From NCBI GenBank assembly GCA_050260635.1, contig JBLNCL010000016.1:33355-97354 (forward strand): 64,000 nt of DNA. Direction: 5' to 3'. The notes beneath the pieces are model-generated. The model did no database searches. It was not told the origin of the DNA and saw nothing but the letters and a program-made list of their open reading frames with translations. This DNA is from Betaproteobacteria bacterium (GTDB lineage: Bacteria; Bacillota; UBA5301; DYFA01). The position numbers were made by a program, and so were the translations under genes. Of this stretch, positions 10,267 through 19,078 are shown in pieces; the stretch's first letter is position 1; each line of letters starts with the position of its first letter.

Positions 10267-10899
10267 GTGGCGGGGATGCTGGCGGTCGGAATCACCGGGG
10301 CGAGCGGTTCAATCTACGCGGAACGGCTCTTACAGCACCTCCTGGGCTCCGGAACCGACGTCGCCCTCTGCCTCACCGAGGCGGCCTGCGCCGTCCTCCG
10401 GCATGAGCGGGACTGGCCCTTGCCCGCCGACCCGCGCCACGCTGACGGCGTACGGGAGGCGCTCGGGCGGGTTTTCCCGTCGGGGTCCCGGAGCGGACGG
10501 CTGACCTACTACGCCCCCGACGACTGGACCGCCCCCATCGCCTCCGGCTCGGCGGTCTGGGAGGGGATGGTGATCGTCCCCTGCACGATGGGGACGGCAG
10601 GGCGGATCGCCCATGGGCTTTCCACCAACCTTCTGGAGCGGGCGGCCGATGTCTGTCTCAAGGAGCGGCGGCCCCTGGTGGTGGTGCCCCGGGAGGCGCC
10701 GCTTTCCGCCATTCACCTGGAGAACCTGTTGACTCTCGCCCGGGCGGGGGCGGTGGTCCTGCCGGCCGCCCCGGGCTTCTACCATCAGCCGGAGACCCTG
10801 GAGGACCTGGTGTCCTTTGTGGTCGACCGGATCCTCCGCGCTCTCGGGCGAACCGGCGGCCTGGTGCCGCCTTGGGGAGGAGGTGACAACGAACAATGA
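10267..10899 (+). CDS. UbiX-family flavin prenyltransferase (MqnM-like)
   Basis: MLAVGITGASGSIYAERLL flavoprotein N-terminus; ~200 aa. Confidence 0.85.
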   Translation: MAGMLAVGITGASGSIYAERLLQHLLGSGTDVALCLTEAACAVLRHERDWPLPADPRHADGVREALGRVFPSGSRSGRLTYYAPDDWTAPIASGSAVWEGMVIVPCTMGTAGRIAHGLSTNLLERAADVCLKERRPLVVVPREAPLSAIHLENLLTLARAGAVVLPAAPGFYHQPETLEDLVSFVVDRILRALGRTGGLVPPWGGGDNEQ

Positions 10900-11744
10900 A
10901 GCAACGGATTGCACTGGCTTCGCTCCTTTTGGCCCTGGCCGTGGTCAGCGCGGCGATGTGCGTCGGCGGTCCGGCGCTGGCGTCGGCGGTCAAGGACCCG
11001 TCGGCCGACCCGACGGGTTGCGCCAAGTGCCACCCCCGGCCGGCGAAGGAATTAGGTCTCACCAAGCATCAAACAGCCCTGGACAGCGTGAAAAGGGTGG
11101 CCGGGGCGGGCGACGGTTGCCTCCAGTGCCATTCGACCGATTACCTCTTGGCCCCGGAGGGGAAGAAGCCGACGGCCAAGACGGCCAAGTTTGGTGTCAC
11201 CTGCACGGCCTGCCACTTCGACCACCAGGCCCAAGAGGGGATCGACGACCGGCGCCCGCCGCTCTGTGAAGACTGCCACTCCGGCGGAAAGATGCAGCTT
11301 GGACAGGAACCACACCACCCTCAGAACGAGATGATGCTGGGGACGAGCCCGGCGGTGACCGGGGTACCCAAGATGCCCAGCATGTTCGGGAAGAAGGACT
11401 GCAACGGCTGCCACATGCCGGTGATCAACGGGCAGCGGTATCACGACTTCTCCGTGCTGATGCCGGACAAGAAGGGCTACTCTTGCGATAGCAAGGGCTG
11501 TCACGAGGGGCAGGGGGCGAAGTACACCAAGCTGGTCCAAGACTGGCAGGCACAGACCAGCAAGGCGCTGGCCGAGGTGAAAGCGCTGCTCGACGCCAGG
11601 AAGGCGAAGAGCGGGACCGAGGCCTACCAGGTGGCGCTCTTCAACTACCAGTTCGTCGAGACGGACCGGTCCAAAGGGGTCCATAACTTCCCGTTCGCCA
11701 TGAAGCTCCTGGAGGTTGCCAAGAGCAAACTCTCAATGCTCTGA
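10896..11744 (+). CDS. Secreted multiheme c-type cytochrome (five CxxCH motifs plus one CX4CH)
   Basis: Signal peptide; CAKCH, CLQCH, CTACH, CEDCH, CNGCH and CDSKGCH; overlaps the ubiX stop (ATGA). Confidence 0.85.
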   Translation: MKQRIALASLLLALAVVSAAMCVGGPALASAVKDPSADPTGCAKCHPRPAKELGLTKHQTALDSVKRVAGAGDGCLQCHSTDYLLAPEGKKPTAKTAKFGVTCTACHFDHQAQEGIDDRRPPLCEDCHSGGKMQLGQEPHHPQNEMMLGTSPAVTGVPKMPSMFGKKDCNGCHMPVINGQRYHDFSVLMPDKKGYSCDSKGCHEGQGAKYTKLVQDWQAQTSKALAEVKALLDARKAKSGTEAYQVALFNYQFVETDRSKGVHNFPFAMKLLEVAKSKLSML

Positions 11745-11801
11745 GCGGACGGGCGCGGCAAAGCCCCTGTGGGGCAAGTAGTGTGGAGGGGGAATCGTTC
11801 C

Positions 11802-12743
11802 ATGCGGCGCATGCTATGCGCAACCATCCTGATGCTGCTCCTGGCGATGGCCCCGGCGGCGACGGCAGCCGACAAGACGATCCGCATCGGCTTCATGCCG
11901 GCTGAGGACGAGCTGCCGCTCTGGGTGGCGGAGAAAGAGGGGCTCTTCGCCAAGGAAGGGGTCAAGGTCGAGCTGGTCACCTTCGCCAGCGCCATCGAGC
12001 GCGACACCGCACTGCAGGCTGGGCAGATCGACGGCGTCAACGGCGACCTGGTGGCGGTCATCCTTAACGCCCGGGCGGGCGTCAAGGCGGCCGTGACCAA
12101 CATCTCGCTCGGTGTCACGCCCAAGGAGGGGCGCTTTGCGCTCTTCTCCACCCCCAAGAGCAAGATTCGCACCGTGGCCGACTTGAAGGGCGTCGAGGTC
12201 GGCGTTTCCCTTAACACCATCCAGGACTATGTGACCGACCAGCTCCTGCTGGAAGGTGAGCTCAAACCGTCCGAGATTAAGAGGGTCGGGGTGCCCAAGG
12301 TGCCGATCCGGTTTCAGATGTTGATGAACGGGCAGATCCAGGCGGCGGCGCTGCCGGACCCGATCGGGGCGCTGGCCGAGGCTCAAGGCGCCCATCTGGT
12401 GGCGAGCGATACGCAAGCCCGCCGCAACCTCTCGCCCATCGTCTACATCTTCACTAAGAAGGCCCTGAAGGAGAAAGCGAAGGAGTTCGACAAATTCTAT
12501 CGGGCCTATCGCGAGGCGGTGAAGCGGATCAACGCCAACCCGGAGAAGTACCGGCCGCTGCTGGTCGAGAAGGCGCGGATCCCGGAGCAGATCAAGGACA
12601 CCTACCCGATGCAGCACTACCCTCTGCCGGCCATCCCGACGAAAGAGGAATGGCAGGATGTGGTCGACTGGATGCTGGCGAAAAAACTGATCGACACGCC
12701 TTATCGTTACGAGGACTTCATGGAGGACCGGTTCACCCGCTGA
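11802..12743 (+). CDS. ABC transporter substrate-binding protein, NMT1/SsuA (nitrate/sulfonate/bicarbonate) family
   Basis: Lipoprotein/signal-like N-terminus MRRMLCATILMLLLAMAPAATAADKTIRIGF; GGAGGGGG RBS. Confidence 0.75.
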   Translation: MRRMLCATILMLLLAMAPAATAADKTIRIGFMPAEDELPLWVAEKEGLFAKEGVKVELVTFASAIERDTALQAGQIDGVNGDLVAVILNARAGVKAAVTNISLGVTPKEGRFALFSTPKSKIRTVADLKGVEVGVSLNTIQDYVTDQLLLEGELKPSEIKRVGVPKVPIRFQMLMNGQIQAAALPDPIGALAEAQGAHLVASDTQARRNLSPIVYIFTKKALKEKAKEFDKFYRAYREAVKRINANPEKYRPLLVEKARIPEQIKDTYPMQHYPLPAIPTKEEWQDVVDWMLAKKLIDTPYRYEDFMEDRFTR

Positions 12744-13543
12744 TGCTTGAGGTTCGCAACGTCGAGTTCACCTACCGGACGGGGGGCAGGCAGGTACCGG
12801 CCCTCACCGGGATCGACTTCACCCTGGCTCCCGGGGAGCTTTGGGCGGTCATCGGTCCGTCGGGCTGCGGGAAGAGCACCCTGCTCTACCTCTTGGCGGG
12901 GCTGCTGCGCCCAACCAAGGGGGAGGTGTTCTTCCGCGGCGGGCCGCCGCTGGCCCATCAGCGGGAGATTGCCCTCATCCTGCAGGGGTACGGGCTGTTC
13001 CCCTGGAAGACGGTACGGGACAACGTAGCGCTGGGACTCCAGATCCGGCGGGTCCCGCCAGTCGAGATTCGCCGGCGGACCGACGAGATTCTGGCGGCAG
13101 TGGGGCTGGGCGAGTATGGCGACTTCTTCCCGGAGGAACTCTCTGGCGGGCAGAAGCAGCGGGTGGCGATCGCCCGGTCCTTCGTCTTGGAACCGGCGCT
13201 CCTGCTGATGGACGAGCCGTTCTCGGCGCTGGACGCGCTCGCCCGGGAGCGACTCCAAAACCTCTTGCTCGGCCTCTGCCTCTCCCGGGAGATGGGGACG
13301 ATCCTGGTGACGCACAACATCGAGGAAGCCGTCTTCCTCGGCCGGAGGATCCTCGTCATGAGCCGGCGGCCGGGCCGGGTGGTGGCGGTCGTTGACAACC
13401 CGGACGTCGGGAAGGAGGGGTACCGCTCTTCCCCTGCCTTCCTTGCCCGGGCCACTCGGTTGCGGGAGTTCTTCCGGGATCCGCTGATTGGCGGCGAGGA
13501 CCTGGGTGAGCCGAGCGAGGCGAGGGGTGAGAACGATGCCTGA
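12743..13543 (+). CDS. ABC transporter ATP-binding protein (SsuB/TauB-like)
   Basis: Walker A GPSGCGKST, signature LSGGQKQR, Walker B LLLMDEP; ATG overlaps the upstream stop (TGATG). Confidence 0.8.
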   Translation: MLEVRNVEFTYRTGGRQVPALTGIDFTLAPGELWAVIGPSGCGKSTLLYLLAGLLRPTKGEVFFRGGPPLAHQREIALILQGYGLFPWKTVRDNVALGLQIRRVPPVEIRRRTDEILAAVGLGEYGDFFPEELSGGQKQRVAIARSFVLEPALLLMDEPFSALDALARERLQNLLLGLCLSREMGTILVTHNIEEAVFLGRRILVMSRRPGRVVAVVDNPDVGKEGYRSSPAFLARATRLREFFRDPLIGGEDLGEPSEARGENDA

Positions 13544-14351
13544 CACCGAACCCGTCATCCTGCGAGCGCCCCGCCCCTGGTGGGAGCCGCGGCTTCTGTT
13601 AACCAACCTGGCGGCGGCGTTGGGCATTGCCCTGGGGTGGTGGCTTCTCTCCCTCTGGCTTGACAGCCCCACCTTCCCGACTCCCCTCCAAACGGTGCAG
13701 GCCCTCCTCGCCCCCGAGAACGGAATCCTGGTCCATTTCCTGGTGAGCACCCGCCGCATCCTCGTTGCCTTGGTCCTGGCGCTCCTTCTAGGGGTGCCCC
13801 TCGGCCTGTACCTGGGCCGGAACCACCGCGTCGACGCCGTGGTGGCGCCCTTTCTCTACCTGACCTACCCGCTGCCGAAGATTGTCCTGTTGCCGGTCGT
13901 GATGGTGCTCTTCGGACTTGGGGATCTGTCCCGCATCCTGCTGATCGTCCTGACCGTGACCTACCAGATCCTGGTCACCACTCGGGACGCCGCCCGGGCG
14001 CTGCCCATGACTGCCATCTATTCCATCCGGTCGTTGGGGGCGAGCGAGTTCGACGTCTACCGCCACGTCCTTTTCCCCTACGTCCTGCCCAAGGTCTTCA
14101 CTGCCTTGCGCATCTCCTCCGGCACCGCCATCGCCGTTCTCTTCTTCGCCGAGTCCTTCGCCACCACGTCGGGCTTGGGGTACCTCATCATGGACGCCTG
14201 GGGACGGACGGCATACCCGGTCATGTTTGCCGCCATCATGGCCATGAGCGGGCTGGGGCTCGCCCTCTACCTCCTCTTCGAGTCGGCGGAGCGAAGGTTT
14301 TGCCGGTGGACTTTGGTTACGCGGCCCTCCGGCCGGGCCAAGGAGGGATAG
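13536..14351 (+). CDS. ABC transporter permease (SsuC/TauC-like, BPD_transp_1)
   Basis: About six TM helices; operonic with the binding protein and ATPase. Confidence 0.8.
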   Translation: MPDTEPVILRAPRPWWEPRLLLTNLAAALGIALGWWLLSLWLDSPTFPTPLQTVQALLAPENGILVHFLVSTRRILVALVLALLLGVPLGLYLGRNHRVDAVVAPFLYLTYPLPKIVLLPVVMVLFGLGDLSRILLIVLTVTYQILVTTRDAARALPMTAIYSIRSLGASEFDVYRHVLFPYVLPKVFTALRISSGTAIAVLFFAESFATTSGLGYLIMDAWGRTAYPVMFAAIMAMSGLGLALYLLFESAERRFCRWTLVTRPSGRAKEG

Positions 14352-14352
14352 C

Positions 14353-14811
14353 GTGGCATACCGGGTGTCTTACCGTTGCCGGATCCCCGCCCCTGCGGCA
14401 GCAGCCTGGGACATGGTGGCCGACCCCTTCCGGCGGCCGGAGTGGATGGCCTTTGTGGTCGGCGTCGGCGGGGAACCGCTTGCGGACCAGCCTGGCCCGG
14501 CGGAACGGCGCTTCTCCGTCGAGGGGCGGCTGGGCCCCTTCCGCTTCACCGCGCGGGAGAAGGTCACCGCGGTTTGGCCTGGGACCATGGTGGCCTTTCA
14601 CGGAGAGGTTGGCTCCTTCTCATATCTGCTGACCCTCACCCTCAGTGAGGTAGACGGGGAGAACGCCTCCCTTGCCTGGAACATGGAGGTGCGCCCGGTC
14701 CACGACGGCCAATCCCTTCCTGCCCGGCTGGGTCTCTTTCTCGCATGGCGGATAGCGGACTGCTTGGCCCGCCTCTCCCTGGCCAACCTTCGGCTCCGCC
14801 TCGGGGCTTGA
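14353..14811 (+). CDS. SRPBCC (START/Bet v1/polyketide-cyclase-like) family protein
   Basis: ~150 aa with the composition typical of the fold; weak call. Confidence 0.5.
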   Translation: MAYRVSYRCRIPAPAAAAWDMVADPFRRPEWMAFVVGVGGEPLADQPGPAERRFSVEGRLGPFRFTAREKVTAVWPGTMVAFHGEVGSFSYLLTLTLSEVDGENASLAWNMEVRPVHDGQSLPARLGLFLAWRIADCLARLSLANLRLRLGA

Positions 14812-14891
14812 GCGCAGGGGCAGGCGCAAAGGAAGAGGCCATCCCGTTCGCAGGACGGCCTCTGCTTTCTGTCGACTCCAGTTCGTCTTGC

Positions 14892-15503
14892 TTATTTTGC
14901 CGGCTTACCGTAGTAGTCCTTGGTCGGGTTGGTGTAGGTGTTGCTGTCCAGCGGCCCGAACCCGGCGCCCTTGCTCTCGTCCATCGAGGTGAACGCCTGG
15001 GCGGGTCCCTTGACTACGCTCAAGTCGACCTTGGCCGGATGGCACATGGCACAGAAGGTCGGCATCTCGGCTCCATCCTTGGTGTCAACCCGCAGGTACT
15101 TGTAGGCCGGGTTCGACGGGTGCGGATCGTGGCAGCTCGTGCACTGCAGCGTTCCGTTCATCAGCAGCGCCGCCGGAACTTTGGCGATCTTGCCGTTGGG
15201 CTGCAGGTTCACCGGGTGGGTGGTGTGGAGGGCGATCGGCTTCAACCCAGCCCCACCGTTCTCCGGATTCTCATGGCACCCCAGGCAAAGCGCGGACACG
15301 CCGTCAATGACGCCTGCCCCCCGCGGGTTCGGCGCCTTGTCGTTGACCACCGCGAAGGCCTTGTAAGCCTTGGCGTAGTGGATGCTGTGGCAGCCCGTGC
15401 AGTTCAGCATGTCGTGGGACCCCGCCGCCAGGGCGCCCAGCGAAGCCACCAACAGAATCGCCGCACAGATTGAGACTGCCAGGACCAATCCCTCTCGCCT
15501 CAC
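14892..15503 (-). CDS. Membrane-anchored or secreted tetraheme c-type cytochrome (paired-CxxCH type)
   Basis: CTGCH, CLGCH, CTSCHDPH and CAMCH; N-terminal hydrophobic segment. Confidence 0.8.
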   Translation of the reverse strand: MRREGLVLAVSICAAILLVASLGALAAGSHDMLNCTGCHSIHYAKAYKAFAVVNDKAPNPRGAGVIDGVSALCLGCHENPENGGAGLKPIALHTTHPVNLQPNGKIAKVPAALLMNGTLQCTSCHDPHPSNPAYKYLRVDTKDGAEMPTFCAMCHPAKVDLSVVKGPAQAFTSMDESKGAGFGPLDSNTYTNPTKDYYGKPAK

Positions 15504-15663
15504 ACTTACTCCTCCCTATGAGCAAAAGTAGGTAACGTCTTTATTCTACCCCGAGCGGAAGAATCCTTTCCAATTATTCCTGTCTTTGCAGGTCTTGTGG
15601 CCCATGACCTCGAAGCATATTCGCACCCTGACGAGAATAGGTGTGACAGTGGGGGTACAGGTG

Positions 15664-16176
15664 ATGGCGACCAGTATCACGCAGCGCTTTCTCGCCGGGC
15701 TGGCGGTTGGGGTGGCTTGCCTGCTGTTGACCGCGTCTGCCAGGGCGGCCGGCCTGACCGGCACGAAGCACGACTTCTCCCGCGCCAATCCCAAGAACCC
15801 TTTCAAGCAGGCCAAGAACGCCTGTGAGCCGTGCCATCAGTATCTCAAAACGCCTCTGCCGACCAAAATCGGGAAGATCGAGGTCCGCCTCCGCTCCACG
15901 GCGGTCTGCCTTTCCTGCCATGGGGAGCCCGGCCGCCCCGAGGTGCCGAAGAAGGTGAAGTGCGACTTTGCCGCCATGCACCCGGTGGACGTTCCTCTGC
16001 CTCGGGACCCCAGGTTCCGAACCCCCGAGGAGATGCCGCAGTTGGTCTTCTACGGCGAGGAGCGGCTGATGGGCTGCACCACTTGCCACGACACCCACAA
16101 TGGCAAGGGCCTCCCGCTTTTCCTCCGCATGCCGGCAGAAAACGACGGCCTGTGCGTGACCTGCCATAACTTCTAA
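15664..16176 (+). CDS. Secreted tetraheme c-type cytochrome, paralog of 14892-15503
   Basis: CEPCH, CLSCH, CTTCHDTH and CVTCH with the same motif spacing and an HPV distal-ligand motif as its neighbour; signal peptide; GGGGG RBS before ATG 15664. Confidence 0.8.
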   Translation: MATSITQRFLAGLAVGVACLLLTASARAAGLTGTKHDFSRANPKNPFKQAKNACEPCHQYLKTPLPTKIGKIEVRLRSTAVCLSCHGEPGRPEVPKKVKCDFAAMHPVDVPLPRDPRFRTPEEMPQLVFYGEERLMGCTTCHDTHNGKGLPLFLRMPAENDGLCVTCHNF

Positions 16177-16298
16177 GGACACCCCGGTCGAGAGCGAGGC
16201 CATGGCTCCCCAGTGACCCGAACCCCGGCTTCCCCCGGGTCCCTTTCCCGGTAGGCGCATACATTGTCCCAGCCTACTGTGGAACGGGAGGGACCATC

Positions 16299-17021
16299 GT
16301 GAGCAGCAAATCCCAGATGGAGGAAGTCGCTTTCTGGCGGAGAATCCTGCGGGACCACGCCGTGTTCACCCGGGATAACCTGGGGCCGTCGGAACGAGAG
16401 GCGGTCGCCGAGGCCGAAGAGCTGAGGACGGAGTTGGAGGGCCGGCCGGCGGAGCAGCCGGTCGAGGCGACCGTTGAGGCGGCTGGAGCGTTGATCGCCT
16501 TCCAAAGCCAGCTACTTGCGCGGCTTACCGATTGCCAGCTCACCATCCATCTCCATGCCACCGACCTGTCCCACATGATCAAGGAGGCCGAGGAATTTCT
16601 CCGCACCGTGGGTGTCCTGCCTCGCCCGGCCACGCCCTTCAGCCGCCTCCTCCACCTCCACGGATTCTGGCTCGAGGATGCAGCCTTCCATTCCACCTTT
16701 CTGGCCGGGGTCCTGGACCCCAACGAGTACCTGTGGAGGGAGCAGTTCATGCAGTTTGAGCGGATCCTGACCCAGCTCTTCCTGAAGGCCAGGCACCAAA
16801 TGGAGGTCTACGAGCGTATCGGCGGCCAGGCCTTCGCTGCGGCAAGGGGGCTCACCCAGGAGAGTGAGCGGGTAACCGGGGCGCATCTCCGGTCTCTGGA
16901 ACGCCTGGAGGGTCTGACGGCCCGCTGCGAGGCGGAAATCGCCGCCCCTCCCCTCCTGGCCGACCACATGCTCCGGGAGGAGCGCTATTACCTGGCCCAG
17001 GTCGCCGATGTCTCAGCGTGA
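16299..17021 (+). CDS. DUF2935-like all-helical protein of unknown function
   Basis: N-terminal EEVAFWRRILRDHAVF resembles the DUF2935 FWxRIMxEHAxF signature (from memory). Confidence 0.45.
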   Translation: MSSKSQMEEVAFWRRILRDHAVFTRDNLGPSEREAVAEAEELRTELEGRPAEQPVEATVEAAGALIAFQSQLLARLTDCQLTIHLHATDLSHMIKEAEEFLRTVGVLPRPATPFSRLLHLHGFWLEDAAFHSTFLAGVLDPNEYLWREQFMQFERILTQLFLKARHQMEVYERIGGQAFAAARGLTQESERVTGAHLRSLERLEGLTARCEAEIAAPPLLADHMLREERYYLAQVADVSA

Positions 17022-18791
17022 GGTCTTGATGATGTGGTCGAAGAGGGCCCGGGCCGCCAGCTCGGGCCCTCCCAGTTCGTAGCCCTCCAGGCCGAGCTGG
17101 GTGCGGAGCTGACCCACCTTGACCCCCGCCGCCAGCATGGCCTCCAGGTACCGCCGGGCCAGGGCGTCGTGCTGGACCCGTTTCTGAGGCGCCCCGAAGG
17201 GGTTGGCGAAGTAGGAGCCGGTGAGGCCTTGCTCGTCCGTCGTGCCTTTGGCCATCCGGGTCCCTTCCGAGAAAACCCTGAAAGCGCCCTGGGCGTTCGG
17301 GAAGAGTTCCAGGTAGGGATGGCCCTCCTCCACCCGCTCGTAGTTGTTGGCGTAAAGGAAGTAGTCCAACCGGTGGCCGGCCACCACGTCCCGGTAGGGG
17401 GTGAGCGGAATGACGAGCCGGGCGTTGGTCTTGTGGGGGTTCATGAAGATGGCCCGCTCCACCTCGGTGTAGGCGAAGCCCGGCTGGAGATCGTCGAGGC
17501 GGACGAAGGCGCCGATCTCGGTGCCGTACCCCACGACCGTCCCGTCCTCGGCCAGCCGGAGCGACCCCATGTCGTCGAAGACCACGGTCAGCCGGCGGAT
17601 GTACTCGTCGGCCAGGACCCGGAAGGCCTCCAGCGTCTCGGACTTTCCCGCCCCGCTGTCGCCGACCAGGACGATGTTCGCCGTCTGGCCCGTGCGCAGT
17701 TCGATCGAGGCCATCGCCCCGTGGACCGGCAGGCGCCCCCGCTCGATCATGATGACGTTATGGAGCGTCAGGGCCATCTTCTTGAAGTAGCCGAAGTAGT
17801 CCACGTCCTCGGAGTGGGCGATGACCCCGACGGTGACCCCGGCGGCCCGGTCCTCGTGATAGACCGTCGTCTCCTCGCCCAGGGCCTGGGGGTCGACGCC
17901 GAAGACCAGGATGGCGTCGGGCGCCTGCCCGGCGAACTCCTTTGCCTCAGCGAACTCGAACAGGTTGGCGAGCGACACGCCCAGCGCCAGGTATCGCCGG
18001 TGGAAGTAGATGAAGGTGAGCAACTCCCCCACCTTGGCCGGGTAACAGAGCCATTCCGCCGGGTCGAGCTCCACCCGGGCCAGGGGATTCTCCTCGACCG
18101 GGACAAAGGCCCCCTTGCGCAGGTTCCGCTTCGGGTAGTAGATGAGCGGCGGCTGGATGACCACCTGCTGAATGAAGGGGATCACCGCCAGCGCCCCGTA
18201 GTCCGGCCCCGGCAGCTTCCACTCCACGGGCTCGACCAGCAGCCCCGCGCCCGCTCCGGCCGGCAGCTGGCGGCAGACCCGGGGGAAGTCGCCGGTGAGG
18301 TTGGCGGAAATCTGGCGGTAAGTCTCAAGAATCAGGCTCTTGATCGTCTCGTTGATCCCGATGAGGCTCTGGTGGCGGGGGAGCATCACGCCGGGCAGGT
18401 TCTCCCGCCCCTCGACGATCACGAACCGCTCGTGGCTCCGCCAGAAGTTGTAGAACTCCTCGATGAAGTTATGCCAGAGGATCTTGTCCGCCAGAGCCCG
18501 CTCGCAGAGCGGCGGCAGCTTCTTCAGCCCGTCCAGGCGCCGGCTGGCCAGAAGGATGAGGAGGTCGGCGATCCCGGAGAGGTCGTACCCGGCCTCACCC
18601 CGCCCTTCTCCAGGCCCGCCCTGCCGGAAGGCCTCCACCGCCCTCAGCAGCGGCGAGCCCCGCCGCTCCAGCCGGGCCAGAAACGCCGCCAAGACCCTCC
18701 CGAAGACCTCGCTCCGGAAGAGCTGCACCGGCGTCTGGCACGCCTCCCTGATAATGACCACTCGACCTTGAACGGAGGATTGCACGAGCAT
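17013..18791 (-). CDS. HprK-like P-loop kinase-fold protein with a large unknown N-terminal region (592 aa)
   Basis: IVLVGDSGAGKSETLEAF...VVFDDMG resembles the HPr kinase/phosphorylase C-terminal P-loop plus DD motif; the N-terminal ~380 aa are unrecognisable. Confidence 0.55.
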   Translation of the reverse strand: MLVQSSVQGRVVIIREACQTPVQLFRSEVFGRVLAAFLARLERRGSPLLRAVEAFRQGGPGEGRGEAGYDLSGIADLLILLASRRLDGLKKLPPLCERALADKILWHNFIEEFYNFWRSHERFVIVEGRENLPGVMLPRHQSLIGINETIKSLILETYRQISANLTGDFPRVCRQLPAGAGAGLLVEPVEWKLPGPDYGALAVIPFIQQVVIQPPLIYYPKRNLRKGAFVPVEENPLARVELDPAEWLCYPAKVGELLTFIYFHRRYLALGVSLANLFEFAEAKEFAGQAPDAILVFGVDPQALGEETTVYHEDRAAGVTVGVIAHSEDVDYFGYFKKMALTLHNVIMIERGRLPVHGAMASIELRTGQTANIVLVGDSGAGKSETLEAFRVLADEYIRRLTVVFDDMGSLRLAEDGTVVGYGTEIGAFVRLDDLQPGFAYTEVERAIFMNPHKTNARLVIPLTPYRDVVAGHRLDYFLYANNYERVEEGHPYLELFPNAQGAFRVFSEGTRMAKGTTDEQGLTGSYFANPFGAPQKRVQHDALARRYLEAMLAAGVKVGQLRTQLGLEGYELGGPELAARALFDHIIKTSR

Positions 18792-19078
18792 TACCTGCTT
18801 TCAATCACAGTCTCTTGCCGGTTTGTTCTTCTCATCCACCTCGGACTGGTCCTGCTGCGTGGCAGCAAGTATACAGCAGTGGAAGGCAGGGAGCGACAGG
18901 GGCAGGGTGGGGCGATCTGCGGCGACAAGTACTGTCTCGTGGGTGTGTCAAGGTATAGGTGCGCACTTCAAGACTGACTTTCGGGCAGGTGATTCACGGA
19001 TAGGAGCGTAATGGATGTAAATGCCAGGGAATTTGAGACAGGCCGATGTTTTGAACCGGAAAAGGGAGTGAGGACAGC

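Noticed and set aside
9078-10295. 405-aa minus-strand ORF (and 8290-9165, 9470-10504, 10330-10914) overlapping ubiD/ubiA/ubiX
   Set aside because: Low-complexity Arg/Gly/Pro-rich antisense frames of strongly supported genes.
10911-11744. Considered whether the multiheme cytochrome after ubiX is NrfB/NrfA
   Set aside because: It has no adjacent nrfA/nrfH-like catalytic or quinol-oxidising partner and no CxxCK motif, so it is left as a generic multiheme cytochrome.
17034-18977. 647-aa plus-strand ORF antisense to the HprK-like gene
   Set aside because: Composition typical of a high-GC antisense artefact (G/D/P/R/V/L-rich, no motifs). The minus-strand ORF carries a bona fide P-loop.
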